Assembly (NCBI RefSeq): GCF_036971445.1
Contig: NC_091477.1
Location: 105,214,001 to 105,278,000 of the forward strand
Direction of reading: 5' to 3'
Origin: Narcine bancroftii
Lineage: Eukaryota
DNA length: 64,000 bases
Shown: piece after piece, positions 25,990-39,539 of the stretch
Layout of the letters: the number at the start of each line of letters is the position of its first letter
Numbering within the stretch: position 1 is the stretch's first letter
Made by a program: the position numbers and the translations under genes
Notes under the pieces: model-generated
What the model saw: the letters and a program-made list of their open reading frames with translations, nothing else
Databases searched by the model: none
What the model was told of the DNA's origin: nothing

Positions 25990-26968
25990 TAAAAGCTCCA
26001 GAATTCAGTACCTTTGGGGATTGGTCGATGTTGGATAATTGTATTTTCTAGTTGCTTGAGACTTATTCTTACAATGCCTAACTAATATGCCTACATTGAG
26101 AATAAACAGTTTAAAAGACAAAAAATACTAAACGTCATGCCAAGCCTCCGCAAACTCCTGAGGAAGTAGAGGTGCTAATGTGCTTTCTTCACGATGCCAT
26201 TGGTGTGTTGGGTCCAGGAAAAATCCTCTGAGATAGTGATTCCCAAGAACCTAAATTTCCTCACCCTCTCCACCTCTGATTCTCCAATGATCACCGGATT
26301 GTACACCTCTGGCTTTTCCTTCCTGAAGTCAATAATTAGCTCCTTAGTTTTGGTGACATTGAATGCCAGGTTGTTGTTGGCACATCATTACCCAAGTTTT
26401 CAATCTCCCTCCTGTGTGCTGACTCATCTCCCTTTATACAACCCGCGACTGTGGTACCATTGGCAAATTTGTAGATGGTGTTACTGTCGAACTTTCTTGA
26501 ATATATAAACCTTAAAGCATTTTACTTTATTTTCAATCACATTCTTTGAAATCATTTAACAGTCGCTGCATCCACAGCCTCCACAGAGCTGCTCAAAAGA
26601 CGTACAATAATATTATAGATAGTTAATCCCCTCCTCCTCCAAGTTTACAGATAGAGCCTCTGACCGGGGTGACTCTTACTAAGCAGGGATAAGGAGACAC
26701 TTTGAGAGAGTCATCGAAACTGCAAGCTCATCATCCTGGGTGCTGCCATTGGTATTTCACACAATTTTATTCAAACAGCTGCTATGAGCAAAGTGCGACC
26801 ATGGAACTCAGCTGACTGAATATTTGCTTCCATCATTAGAAAATATTTACAATTTTAAAGTTGCATATTTTCCCTATTATTTTATTCATATTTATTTTAA
26901 TTTTAAAATGTTTTTTCCTCAATTTTTTGCCAGTTGCTTGAATTCCAGTTACCAGTGGTTTTGCTGTA
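25990..26968. mobile_element. Tigger-like DNA transposon remnant (interrupted)
   Basis: Ends ccagttgcttgaattcc...ttttgctgTA. Related segments at ~46400-46752 and ~61237-61460. Confidence 0.5.
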
Positions 26969-27239
26969 TATTTTATTTGTTTATTTCAAATCAAAATAAA
27001 ATCCTTTATGGTTGATTTTTGCATCTGACTGAAAGGATTCTCTCATTTTCATTAACTATTACAATTTTTGAAGAAATTTTTAGTTTCCAATGTCTGGTCA
27101 GTAATCCAGTTTTTTTTTAAAAAACAAAGTATATTAACAGTAGCATTACCGTTTGTGGCAGAGAATGTTCTAGAGGAATAGGAGAGATTTTGAAGTTCAG
27201 ATCCTTGTAAATAGCATGTCATGCTGATATTTAAAAAAA

Positions 27240-27475
27240 ATTTTAGACACAAACTAAGATAACAGACCCTTTCGGCCCACAAGCCCATGCCACCCAATTA
27301 CACTCAATTGACCAACAACACCTGTACACTTTTGAATGGTGGGAGGAAACTGGAGCCTCAGGGAAAACCCACGCAGACATGGGAAGAACATATAAACTTC
27401 TTATAGACAGCACGGGATTCGAATCCCGGTCCTTATCATTGGTCCTGTAACAGTGTTACGCTAATTGTGCCGCCC
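27240..27475 (-). mobile_element. V-SINE copy
   Basis: Reverse complement of the SINE at 19886. Confidence 0.75.
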
Positions 27476-29107
27476 AATAATTTAATATGTGGGAAGGATT
27501 TGCTTCTAATTAATTAAATGTCTTTAACAATTAAAATTGAATCAGATTTATAAATTTCAAGGAAGGAAAATCACCTTTGAATTTGGATTCATATTGATTG
27601 GTACTGTATATACAAATCAAATGTAGGAAGATCCTCAATGTGTATAAAGAATAGCATAGAATGTCTAACGTAGAAGCACCCCATTCTGTCATCCACTCCA
27701 CTCTAGCCACTCTCAAACATTCCCATTCGGATAATTGCTATTCCTTTTTGTCACCTCTGCCCTGTATGCAATTTATTTCAACCAATCTAAGGCAAATTCC
27801 GCATTTTCCTTGATTTAAAAAAGAGCTTCCTTTTGACTTCCCTTTGTGATTTCATTGTGATCCTCTTATACTGAGGATCTTGTTTTTCTTTTCCTCATGA
27901 ATGAAAATGTGTTTAGCAACTGTATCTTTAAAGCTTTTCAGACAAAATCTCTGCCTCTTCACGATTCTTTGTCTTGCGGGTACAAACTTGAAGTAATTAT
28001 GTCATTTTCGTAAACCTTTTTTGCACTCTCTCCGGTGTTTCAATGTCCTTTTAAAATATAATGACAACTGGGCCAGGGAGCATAATGGTTCTGTTGTTGG
28101 AGTTGACGTGGATTCATTCCCAATCTTTGGTGCAGTCTGTAGATTTTGCACACATTCCTTTGACCATGTGGGGTTTTTCCAGGTGCTCCAGTTTCTGCCT
28201 ACATCCAAAACATGTGCTAGAAGGATAAATGATTACTGTAAATTATCCCTGGTGTGGAGAAGTGGAAGCTGAATTAGGATGGAGTTGATTGGCAAGTTAA
28301 AGGGGAATAGATTATAGACAAATAGGGATATCTTGCTTGGAATTGATGGGCAGACTGGTCTATATTGCAAAAAAAAACCCAGGAAAATGGAGGAGGTGGT
28401 GGGATTTGACACAACAGTTTGCTTTAAATCAGGGATTTGAGCCATAGTCTTAAATCCAGGGTGTGTGCACTAACTCTTGGAAGGAAAAATTAATCAGTTT
28501 TACTTCCTGTTCTTTCCTTTCCAGCCCAAATCCCCCAAGCTCCAAATTAATTTTCAATTATATAACCAATTCCCTCTTCAAAGTCATTATTAAAACTGTT
28601 TTTTGTAAGTATTTTAGGCAATATTGTCCAGAAAGAATTCTGTTGTGTTTATTTAATTCTCTTACCCTGGATTTGTTAATTATCCTAGATATGTGTTATT
28701 TGCAGCTGGAAACTTCTTCTCTTGAATCTACTAAAAAGATTTTGTAATTTTGAATGGTCCTTTTTACATTTTCTTTTATAATGCAAAGGAAGCCCCTCTG
28801 CCATCAGATTCCTGAATGAACAATAAATCACAGATACTGACTTTACCTTGACTTTTCTTGCACTATTTTTATTTATTTTGTCAGGTGGTTTATATAAATG
28901 TTTGCAATGTGATGCTGCCACAAACTAACAAATTTCGGGACATGTTTATGACAATAAATTCTGATTCTGATTCCCTGCACACTGGTTTGACTTGACTCAC
29001 CAGTGATGTGAATGCAAGGGTTAGAGGAATCTGAGTTAAATTTGCTATAATTCAAGAAAAACCTCGTAAGTTTTGTCTGATGAAAACTAACAAAACACAA
29101 CAATACG

Positions 29108-29456
29108 TGTTGTCCAACATTTTTTGTTATGGAATATATATCAGTCTTGAAAGAATTTGACCTGAAACATTGGCAATAACCTCTCTCCCCACTGATTCAC
29201 CTGCTGAGTTCCTCCAGCAGATTGTTTTTTTTGCCTTGGATCCCTACAATCTATTGTGTCCCTTAATATGTACAGGCAAATGTGACAGGTACAAAGATCA
29301 GCATGGATGGGATGGAAGCAAACCTTTTGAAATACTTGTTCAGTGTATCTTGATATTGTGACTTCCTGAGGCAGCTTTACAGTAAGAAGGGAACATTTAT
29401 TTTAAACTAATGGTCTGTATTTGTTGCAACCTTTCTCATAAAAACAAATTTCAAAT
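29108..29456. repeat. Local direct duplication, copy A
   Basis: Highly similar to 31423-31777. Confidence 0.92.
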
Positions 29457-29526
29457 ACACCAAAGGATTTGTATACATCAAAACTTTAATTAGTTTAATA
29501 TTGATACGATCAAACTTGCAAAAATA

Positions 29527-29532
29527 TTTATT
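29527..29532 (-). terminator. Candidate CHRND polyadenylation signal
   Basis: TTTATT on + (AATAAA on -) about 1.5 kb past the stop. An ATTAAA variant lies near 29485. Not unique; transcript data needed. Confidence 0.35.
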
Positions 29533-30794
29533 AGATTATCTACAAGCATATCTATTATAGACTTAACCACACAAAATGCTTTTAAAACACCAAAACGACC
29601 CGTGTATAAAAATGAGGAAAATTCAAGTTCTTAAAGCATACTTTAAATAAAAGTTAATTAATTAAAGATTATTATTTTATCCTGATGAGTTACTTCCACG
29701 GACAAAGTACCGCATGAAATTTTGCAGAGAATCAAACATATACAATATAAAGTTGAATGCACAAATAAATGAATACTTTTCATAATGATTGCCAGTGTAA
29801 AGATTTAAAATGTAATGCACATTAATTTAGGGCAATATGAGTTATATGGGTTGACCAGCGGGACCTAAGGTTTGCAGCATTCACTCGTTCCTTGACTGCA
29901 GTGGATAGGACAACAGTATTTTTGGATGTTGCATCTGTTTATGTGCCCACATTCATAACAATACAGGGTTCCAAATGTAGATGCATACACAGTCTATAAG
30001 TTGCTGTGAAGGTAATTTTGCAGTTTGTTTCTCTCTGATGGATTATCTTGAAGGAATGGGTAAAGATTTATAGGTGCACATTTTCTTATTTGTTATGCTT
30101 CACAGCATAAGTCATGGTGACAATTTCTAATCCATTTCTAATTAACAGTGACTTTATTTCCATAATTTGCCTGCTGATGTACTCATTAGTGACAGCTCTC
30201 CATAACTGTATGTGTAATTAAGGCAATGATTAGTTACTTGGAGTGGATCAGGAATCTTGGTGGAGCAGGCAAAGGACATCAAATTGAATGTGGAGCTTGG
30301 TAAATGTTGATCTCTCTTCCGTATTTTACAACTTGAGCCATAATTTTGTTGCAAGCTGTACATCATTATGTAGAGTTCGGTTCAAAATGGTGCAGCTGAT
30401 TTAAAACGACATAACTAATTTTAAGGTTGGGTTTCGCCAGTATCTTCTAACGTTCTTTTTAATTACAATGTATTCTTAGTAGTTTGTACTTTTGACCAAT
30501 GGTTTTGTTAAATTTCAGATGAGAGACAAGAAAGTGCAATTGCTGGAATCTTGAACAAACAATGAGAAGCTGGAGGGATTTGCAGGTTAGATAGTATCCA
30601 TTGATGGAAACGGCCCCTTTCCTTGTTAAATTTGCTTATGTATGCATTCCATACTTTTATTTCATCGTGATATCTATGTGTCATTTTTGTATGTATCGAT
30701 ATATTGCATGTGTGCATGTGTGAGAAAGACAGAGACTCTACAATAGATTCCCCCCCTCCTACCAGTCTTTTGCAATTTCTTTGATATCAGAGGT

Positions 30795-31009
30795 TTTTTT
30801 TTTTTACAGAGGGTGCCTGGAGTGCATTGTGGGGTGGTGGAGATTGGTACAATAGGACATTCAAAAGACTCTTAGATAGGCACATGAATGCACGGAAGCC
30901 AGTGGATTATGAGTATAAGATAGGGAAGAATTAGGTTGTTGTGGAGTGGATTTACATAGGTCAGCACTACATCATGAGCTGAAGGCCTTGTACAGTACTG
31001 TAATGTTCT
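30795..31009 (+). mobile_element. CR1 3' end in the CHRND 3' UTR (antisense)
   Basis: aagactcttagataggcacatg...gctgaaggcc..ctgtaatgttct. Homologous to CR1 tails at 57900-58175 and 42515. Confidence 0.75.
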
Positions 31010-31013
31010 TCAG

Positions 31014-31298
<285 letters not shown>

Positions 31299-31422
31299 TT
31301 AGAATGCAAAGTTAAAAGTAAATAAGCAAAAAAAAACTTTTCAGGCTAATATGTAACATAATAGAAGCACAAAACCAGATTAATTTTATAGAACATTAAT
31401 GTCAAGAAATGTTAGAAAACAT

Positions 31423-31777
31423 TGTTGTCCAACATGTACTTTGTTATGGGAATTATTTGATATATCAGTCTTGATGAAGGAATTTGACCTGAAACATTGG
31501 CAATAACCTCTCTCCCCACTGATTCACCTGCTGAATTCCTCCAGCCTTGGATCTCTACAGTCTATTGTGTCCCTTAGTATGTACAGTCCTAATGCAGGCA
31601 AATGTGACAGTTTAAAGATTAGCATGGATGTGATGGAAGCAAACCTTTTGAAATATTTGTTCAGTGTATCTTGATATTGTGACATCCTGAGGCAGCTTTA
31701 CAGTAAGAAGGGAACATTTATTTTAAACTAATGGTCTGTATTTGTTGCAACCTTTCTCATAAAAATAAATTTCAAAT
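31423..31777. repeat. Local direct duplication, copy B (CHRND intron 11)
   Basis: Highly similar to 29108-29456. Confidence 0.92.
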
Positions 31778-32752
31778 GTAGTTTCCCTACGTGCATGTAA
31801 TGATCTTTAACTTCTAAATTGATCAAATTTCATGAACAACATTTTTAACAAGAACCTGCTAACATTCCAAAATGCTTCTCAGAAGCAATGTCTAACGAAA
31901 TAGCAATGAGATAAAGATGCAGATATTAGTACAAGTGAGTGAAGGCTAGGACAAAGAGGTGGATGTTGAGGAAGACAAATGAGGAAGACAAATACAGAGT
32001 GAGATGGTGAGCTGAAGATATTTGGAGAGGGACATGCTAAACCTTTGGCCCAGTACCTTTAATACACATTAAGCACAGAGTAATAGAATCTCTGGGTGCA
32101 CAAAGTCTTTGTCATGTAGGATTGAAAGAAAGTTTAGAGGAATTTCCAAATATGGGTGAAAATGATTTAAAAAAAATCAAAGCTATCGGGGACCAGTGGC
32201 CAGATTAAGAAGCACATGTATGATGGATGGTGAAGTTGAATTGGTTTGAATTAGGATTTAGATTGCAGAATGTTGAATGAATGCTGATAAGGAAACAAAT
32301 GGACTGTCCAGAAAAATAACAATCCACTTCACCTCTGTAATTTGTGCTGTACTTTGCTAATCCTGGTGTGTGATTTATTTCAATGAGTGCTACTGTGAAA
32401 AATAATAAAGCAAAACAACTTGCTTTCTTGAATTCCATTACATTGCCTAGATATCAGTTCTGTGTTGGTGACTTCCTTATTGGTCCCAGAGCTGAGTTTA
32501 AAAAAACTCATTGCATTATTACAGCATGGAAGAGAATTTGACCTATAAAGCATAACCCTGTATGTTATTTCCCTTTCTTCAACCAAAAAAATACTCAAAC
32601 CACTATAAATTTGAATTTTGTGTACCTATAATGCTCCATTTAATGCCAACAGTTTCCCACCTGCTGGTAAACACGTATCTGAGCAAATAAATATATTATC
32701 TGTTAAAATTAGCTGTTAGAAGATTAAATCAGGGGTACTACTACAATTACTA

Positions 32753-32947
<195 letters not shown>

Positions 32948-33935
32948 CTAAACAAAATGCATGTTTTTAAGTCAGACCAATTCGCACAAAATTTACATTC
33001 GATTCAGTTTCTCCAGCCCTGATATTTAGATTTGGGAGAACTCAGAGCAAATTTCAGCTTTACCTTTTATTAAATCTGAATGGATGGTGAAATGAAGAAA
33101 ACTGTATTGTTCTTATTAGCATATATTAATCTACTATAATTCTCCACATCATTCTTATTAGCATGTCTTCATCCACTCTAATTCCACAGACATGATATCT
33201 GTTTTCATTCCCTAAAATTATAAATAATTTAATGCAGAAGAGAGACTCGTATTCTGAAAATGGGCTTTTGAAGTATAAAAGTAAATTAAAGTATGTATTT
33301 TTATGGTTACACTGGTTAGTTCAATGCAAAGTTTGGCCACTTCTTTTCAAACAGTGATTCAATCCAATAACATTATTTTTATTTCCTAATGACAAAGGTG
33401 GAGGCCATATCAACCCACTATGTCTAGGATGGCACACAAAGAAATCCCAGCTTCTCAACACATTTTCCCTGTAAATTCTTCTCCTCACATTCCCATCAAC
33501 TACCCCCCAGATTCCATCTCTCACCTATACACTAGGAGCCATTTGTAATGGTCATTTTTCTCACCAATCTGCAAGTGCTTGGGACATGAGAGGAAATTGG
33601 AACCCCCAAGAGAAACCCATCTGGTCACTATGAGAATGCGTAAACTCCAAACAGATGACATTAGAATTGAACCCAGACTGCTGGAGCTGTGAGACTCTAC
33701 TAGCTGTTCCATTGCACTGCCGCTATAGCTTTAATATTTTCTTCCCCTGGCAGTTCAAGGGAGGTATCAGGTGGCAAAGACCAGCATTTCCAGCAGTACA
33801 GATTTTTGATGTGTATAGTAGGAAAGGCAAGCCCACAGTTCATCCAAGAGGTGCATCAAGTTTTGGCAGCAGTGGCTTGTGTTGAATATTGGAAGCAAAA
33901 TGTAAAAGTTCAGCGAGAAACTAGTGGATGCTCAC

Positions 33936-34155
33936 CAATTCTTGGTGTGACTCGTGGCACCAATCCATGGCGTTCAGATTGTTTTTCAAACATGAGTTCA
34001 CTTCTGGATTTTATGTTAAAATATTCTTGTGCTTTGGAAATGTACCCAACAGAACTGCTACGTCGCAGCTTCAAATCGTTCTGCCAATCTGGCTGCTCGT
34101 TCTCGTCATCAGCACGGGCCATGTGGAGGATCCGTGGAAGCTTTTCCAAGAAGAT
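33936..34155 (-). CDS. CHRND: CHRND exon 10 (220 nt, cytoplasmic loop)
   Basis: cag|[73 protein letters not shown]+G|gtgagc. Contains the RRSSS and EYFNIK phosphorylation motifs of delta. Confidence 0.98.
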
Positions 34156-34424
34156 CTGAAATATCAAAGTATAATTAATTCTATGGATGGATGCAGTTAA
34201 TTCTTTTGCCACATTTCTAATTTTAGCCAGGGCATTCTGGAGAATTATAGTATTGTTTAGACACCATTTCAATGTTTTTAGTTTCCATATTTACTTTTCC
34301 AAATAATACAAATGACCAAATAGTGCAAAGGATTGAACATCATTTGGTTTTTACTCCTTTAAGAAGGAGTACATTGAATTGCCATTCTACATTCTTCTCA
34401 AAGGTTTGACTAGAATTACTGCAC

Positions 34425-34539
34425 CTGTTTAACCCTTGTTGAGAGAACGTGCGTGCTTGGAGTTCGGAAGTGAAAGTTTAACACTATGCCGCAATTCACG
34501 ACCACACCAGTGACCAAACTCATGATGAACATTAAGTAC
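34425..34539 (-). CDS. CHRND: CHRND exon 9 (115 nt, M3)
   Basis: cag|[38 protein letters not shown]|gtgcag. Confidence 0.97.
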
Positions 34540-35188
34540 CTGGAAGTCAAAATAGACATAATTACCCAATGCTTTTCATCAAAATCAAAATACTCTAATC
34601 TAGTTTTTAAAACTATGAAATGTTGAGGACGATGTGCGATAAATGCACAGTTTTATTGAGATATCAGTGCCCATTCAAATCTTAATTGTTTATTTTTTCT
34701 TAAACTATAATTTTTGACTATAATTAAAAGAAGTATCTGATTGTAGTGCACTTGTGCTCTGTGGACAATACTTTGCAAAATGTAACCCATAGGAAAGAGT
34801 TGATAACCTTCACCATTTCAAAGCAGGGGTATATCATCTTAGAGCTGCAGAAAACCCTTTTGAAGGTTGGGTGCAGTTGCAACCCTCATGTATATGTGGC
34901 AAATTTGTCCTTTTACAGGCAGGGATATTGTGCCAATATACAATACATACAACTCCTTGAAAAACTCTTTGCTGCAATGAAGATAACCAATTAAGGTAAT
35001 CTGACAGTATCTGTATCCTTGTTAAGTGCTGTCTGTGTTAACATGGTCCCAGCTTTTGGAAGAGGCAAAGCAAATCAATAATATGTATAGGTTTGCACAT
35101 GGGGAATACCTGTCATGGAAACTCAGTTTGTACAAGGTATCAGTTCAGAAATGTTTCACAGTCCATTGTAGAAGTTTATGATCACTTA

Positions 35189-35392
<204 letters not shown>

Positions 35393-35534
35393 CTATTGGA
35401 GATAATATTTAAGATTAGTTTACATGTTACTCTTAACCTGTTATGAATAGAATTTAAGATAATGTGCATGAATCTATTTTCCAATCTGCCCAATTTATAC
35501 TCAGTTTCCCACAACCTGTCATAATTTAAGCACT

Positions 35535-36000
35535 TACGAAAATGTTACCTGGGTTTCAGCATCCAGATTACAAAGAAAGATTGAGAAATTATGGTTTTAT
35601 TCTTTGGAGTGTAGAAAGTTGAGAGGGGATTTGATAGAGATATTTAAAATTAGGAGAGGGATGGATCGATTTGATGTGGATAAGCTTTTTCCATTGAAAG
35701 TAGGAGAGATTGAAACAAAAGATCAAGAGTTAAGGGGCAAAAATTTAGAAGTAAAATGAGGGGGAACTTCTTTACTCAGAGAGTAGTGGCTGTGTGGAAT
35801 AAACTTCTGGGAGAAGTAGTGGCACAGGGTCAATTTTGTCATTTAAGGAAAAATTTGATAGGTATATGGATGGGAGGGAAATGAAGGGTTATGGGCAGGG
35901 TGCAGGTAGGTGGGACTAGAGGAGAGTACTTAGTTCAGTGTAGACTAGAAGGGCCAAAATGGCCTGTTTCCATGCTGTAATTGTTATATAGTTATATGGT
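35535..36000 (+). mobile_element. CR1 LINE 3' portion
   Basis: ttctttggagtgtagaaagttgagagggga...ctttactcagagagtagtgg...ggcctgtttccatgctgta. Confidence 0.8.
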
Positions 36001-37275
36001 TAATTGAGCATTGATCATGGGACAGTAAACGTTCTTGAAAAGGAGATGGGAAGCCACCTTCGTTGGACTACTGCAGTTACATGAGGGTATTCCTTGGGTG
36101 CAGTTTATAGGAAATTCCAGGATTTAGACCCAGCAGAACTGAAGGATTTGCAAGATAGAATGTTCTATGTTACTTGGAGAGGATGCCGCAGGTGGTAGTG
36201 TTTCCGTGTGTGACTGATCTTTCCATCATTAAGGTAGGAAATGGCATTCAAAATTTTTTTTCAAGACGCTGGAGTTCATGTGGCAAATGGCACACAGCAA
36301 GGTCTAGAGAGTGTTGAAGGAGCTGAACAACTAGGTTGGTGGTTGGATGTCAACCAACTAGGGTGCTTTGTCCAGAAAATGTTGAGCAACTTGTATATTG
36401 TTGGAACTGCACCCATCCAAGAAAGTGGAAGGTATTTCATTGCATATTCTTTACTGAAAAATTCCTTCAATATATACTTGAATAATCAAACTGAAGCAAA
36501 ATGGAGTTAAATAATTAGAACAATTAAAGCGAGATTCAGGAAGAGCACATTAATCTCCAGGGAGTTCATTGTCCACAAGGAAACATTGAGAGAGGCAAAT
36601 GTCTTAGAGGGAGACCTTAAATATTTTCAATAGATTGCTGAATCCTGCCTTTTCTGATTATCGAAGAAGGGCCCAGGCCCGAAACATCGGCAATATATCT
36701 GTGCTCCTTTAGATGCTGAAAAGACCAGCTGAGTTCCTCCAGCATTTCAGTGTGTTTCCTGAATCCAGACCACATCGTAATGCTATAGAAAATGCATAGC
36801 TCTGGAAACCTTAGTTTCATTCTAACCTCTGGTGTAGATTTCTGCTAACTGTGGAATTTGCACATTCTCTTTGTATGTTTCCTGTTTGTTTCTTTGGTTT
36901 TCTCCCACATCTCAAAGACAGGTCAGATTAATTAGTGTCGATTATTAGTGGTAGGAGATTCCATGGTTGTTAATGGAAATGTGTTACTGAGTTTATCCAG
37001 TTAATTATATTTGAATTTTTCAATGGCCACCGTGGGGATTTGAACTCCCATGCCCAGATTCTAATCTTGTAAATTGACCCCGCTCAACTCATTGTATGCC
37101 TCAATGTGGGGATAAACCCAACAAATAGAAGGGTCATCCGCAAGAACTCCAACACAAAGGGCATTAAATTAACAGTAAAACATGAAAGTCTGCCGACACA
37201 ATGCTGTATAAACCCAATGCTGGATAAACCCATCTGGTCAAACAGTGTACTTTATATAGCAAAGATAAAGATACA

Positions 37276-39539
37276 TGTGATGGTACAGATTCTATCACCA
37301 ATGTCTATATGTACAGATTGTAGTGTAGGATGACTGTGATTGGCTGAGAGCATAGCCACACCTACTGGCAGGTCTTAAAGGATTGCTCCTAGCCAGACCA
37401 GATCATTCTGGACTGGTCGACCTACATGTGATATGCTCCAGTCTTTTAGTTAATAAAAGCCTTGGTTTGGATCAACAAGTCTTTGGTTCTTTCGACGCAC
37501 TCTACAATTTTATTAACTATAAAGTTTTGAAGGGATGGAGCGTATGCTACAGCTGGAATGCCTCAACATCGACCCATAGTCAGCTACAGCCTCAAATGAC
37601 TTTAAGCACTGGGTGAGATACTTCGAAAAATACTTACAGCTCTCTCTGACCCTGCCGTGAGAGAGGACAGCCATCGATTAGTAATATTGATGACTATGGT
37701 TGTGATACTACAGACCTATCACCAATGTATATAGTTACAGTATCTAGAGTATGTAATGGCTGTGCTTACAGCCATTGGCTGAGAGCTTAGCCACACCTAC
37801 TGTCTGGGCCTTAAAGGGTTCTGTCCCTAGCCAGGTCGGATCATTCCGGACTGGTCGGCCACCTGTGAAGAGCTCCTGTCTTTTGCTAATAAAAGCCATG
37901 GTTTGGATCAACAAGTCTTTGATTCTTTCGACGAGCTCTACAATGGTGTCTCCGAGAGTCTACCAAAGTATCCACTTGCGCCGCAGCCATGAAGGTGCTG
38001 GAAAGGCTCTACGAGCGACCGGTGAACAGGGTCTATGCTCGGTACAAGCTTGCAACAAGGAGCCAACAGCCCGGTGAGTCCTGTAGAGCTTATATTCAGG
38101 CACTAAGGGCAATGGGCAGGGACTGTGCCTGCACAGACAGAACTGCTGCGGAGACCACAGACGATCTCATTCGGGATGCCTATGTGGCCGGGGTCCGATC
38201 TAATGAGGTGAGGCAGCACCTGCTAGAGCACGGCAGAGAAAACCTAGAGGACGTGATCCAGATCGCAGAGACAATGGAGGCTGCGGTCTTAAGTATGGAT
38301 GTGTACTCTCGGGGCTGGACCCCACACTCTGATGTGAGTAGGATGCCCTCCCTCTACCCTACTAACCCCCCGGCACATCGACGGCCAGTCGGCTGCCGCT
38401 ACACTGCCCAATGCAACCCCAAAGTGTTATTTCTGCAGGAGGAACAAGCACAGCAGATTCCAGTGCCCGGCGAGAAAAGCCAGGAGCCAGAAGTGCCTTA
38501 AAAATGGCCACTTTGCTGTAGTCTGTCGCTCCAAAATGGCCACCATCAAACACAGTGCCTTGTGTGAAGCCCAGTCGCCACTCTCCCATTCAAACACTTC
38601 TTCCTCAGCTCTTGTCCAATGAGAGCGAGGGCTCCACCGCGCAACAGTGCCTGATGTCACGGGGCAGACACTGAGCGCGGAAGGTACAACCCACCCTCAC
38701 TCACGAAGCAACATCCAACCAGGCCCCAGCCCCAACCTCAATGGCCACCGCCGCTACTACCAACTGGGGACCCGCCGCCACCGAGACAGCTGACCAGGTA
38801 CCTGCAGCTGCGACCGACACTACTAACCCGGTACCCATCGACGCTGCTGACCGGGAACACGCCGCCGCGACCGACCTGGTCCCCACCGACGCTGCCGACC
38901 AGGGACCTGACTCTACTGACCGCCCCACCGCCGACAGCAATCAGCGACCCCCAACACTTAACATTGGCTGGCCAACACCTTCAGCAGGCTGCAGGCAGCA
39001 ACACCAACTACTCGACACTGTCTCTTCAGGCCCAACTGTTTGTGTGACGTCATCACGCAGGACTCCACTGTCCCCATTACAAGTCTCTGCATCAGTAACC
39101 TTAGACCAGGACTTCCCCCATCCCCTCACAAAAGCAATGGAACTGATAAAAGTGCATGGACACTATACCAATTGCTTATTTGACTCGGGATCAACTGACA
39201 GTTTTATCCGCCCAGTCCTGGCCCACTGTTGCAGACTGACTATTCTCCCCACTGCCCAGAGGATTTCATTGGCGACCAGATCGCACTCGACTGGGGTAAA
39301 GGGGTATTGGTGATAGAATCAGGGTCGCCACACATGTGTATATATACAGATTGTAGTGTAGGATGACTGTGATTGGCTGAGAGCATAGCCACACCTACTG
39401 GCAGGTCTTAAAGGATTGCTCCTAGCCAGACCAGGTCATTCTAGACTGGTCGATCTACATGTGATATGCTCCAGTCTTTTAGTTAATAAAAGCCTTGGTT
39501 TGGATCAACAAGTCTTTGGTTCTTTCGACGCACTCTACA
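37276..39539 (+). mobile_element. Internally deleted Gypsy LTR retrotransposon (gag and protease remnants) in CHRND intron 7, antisense to the host gene
   Basis: 5' LTR 37276-37506 (TG..CA); 3' LTR about 39334-39539, near-identical. TSD ATACA/ATATA. Gag ORF 37989-38501, frameshifted Zn knuckle (CYFC..H..C; KCLKNGHFAVVC), protease LFDSGS. No RT or integrase. Confidence 0.9.
37701..37942 (+). mobile_element. Solo LTR of a related family nested in gag
   Basis: TG...CA with perfect 5-bp TSD ATGGT. Homologous to but diverged from the host LTRs. Confidence 0.9.

Noticed and set aside
25990-26968. TIGD1-like domesticated transposase (it lies near this locus in human)
   Set aside because: Only non-coding Tigger-like remnants; no transposase ORF.
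33806-34200. Antisense ORFs over CHRND exon 10
   Set aside because: Shadow ORFs of the coding strand with no recognisable motifs.
37989-39313. Longest ORFs (170 and 190 aa) as novel or domesticated genes
   Set aside because: They are frameshifted, stop-interrupted gag and protease between LTRs with a TSD.
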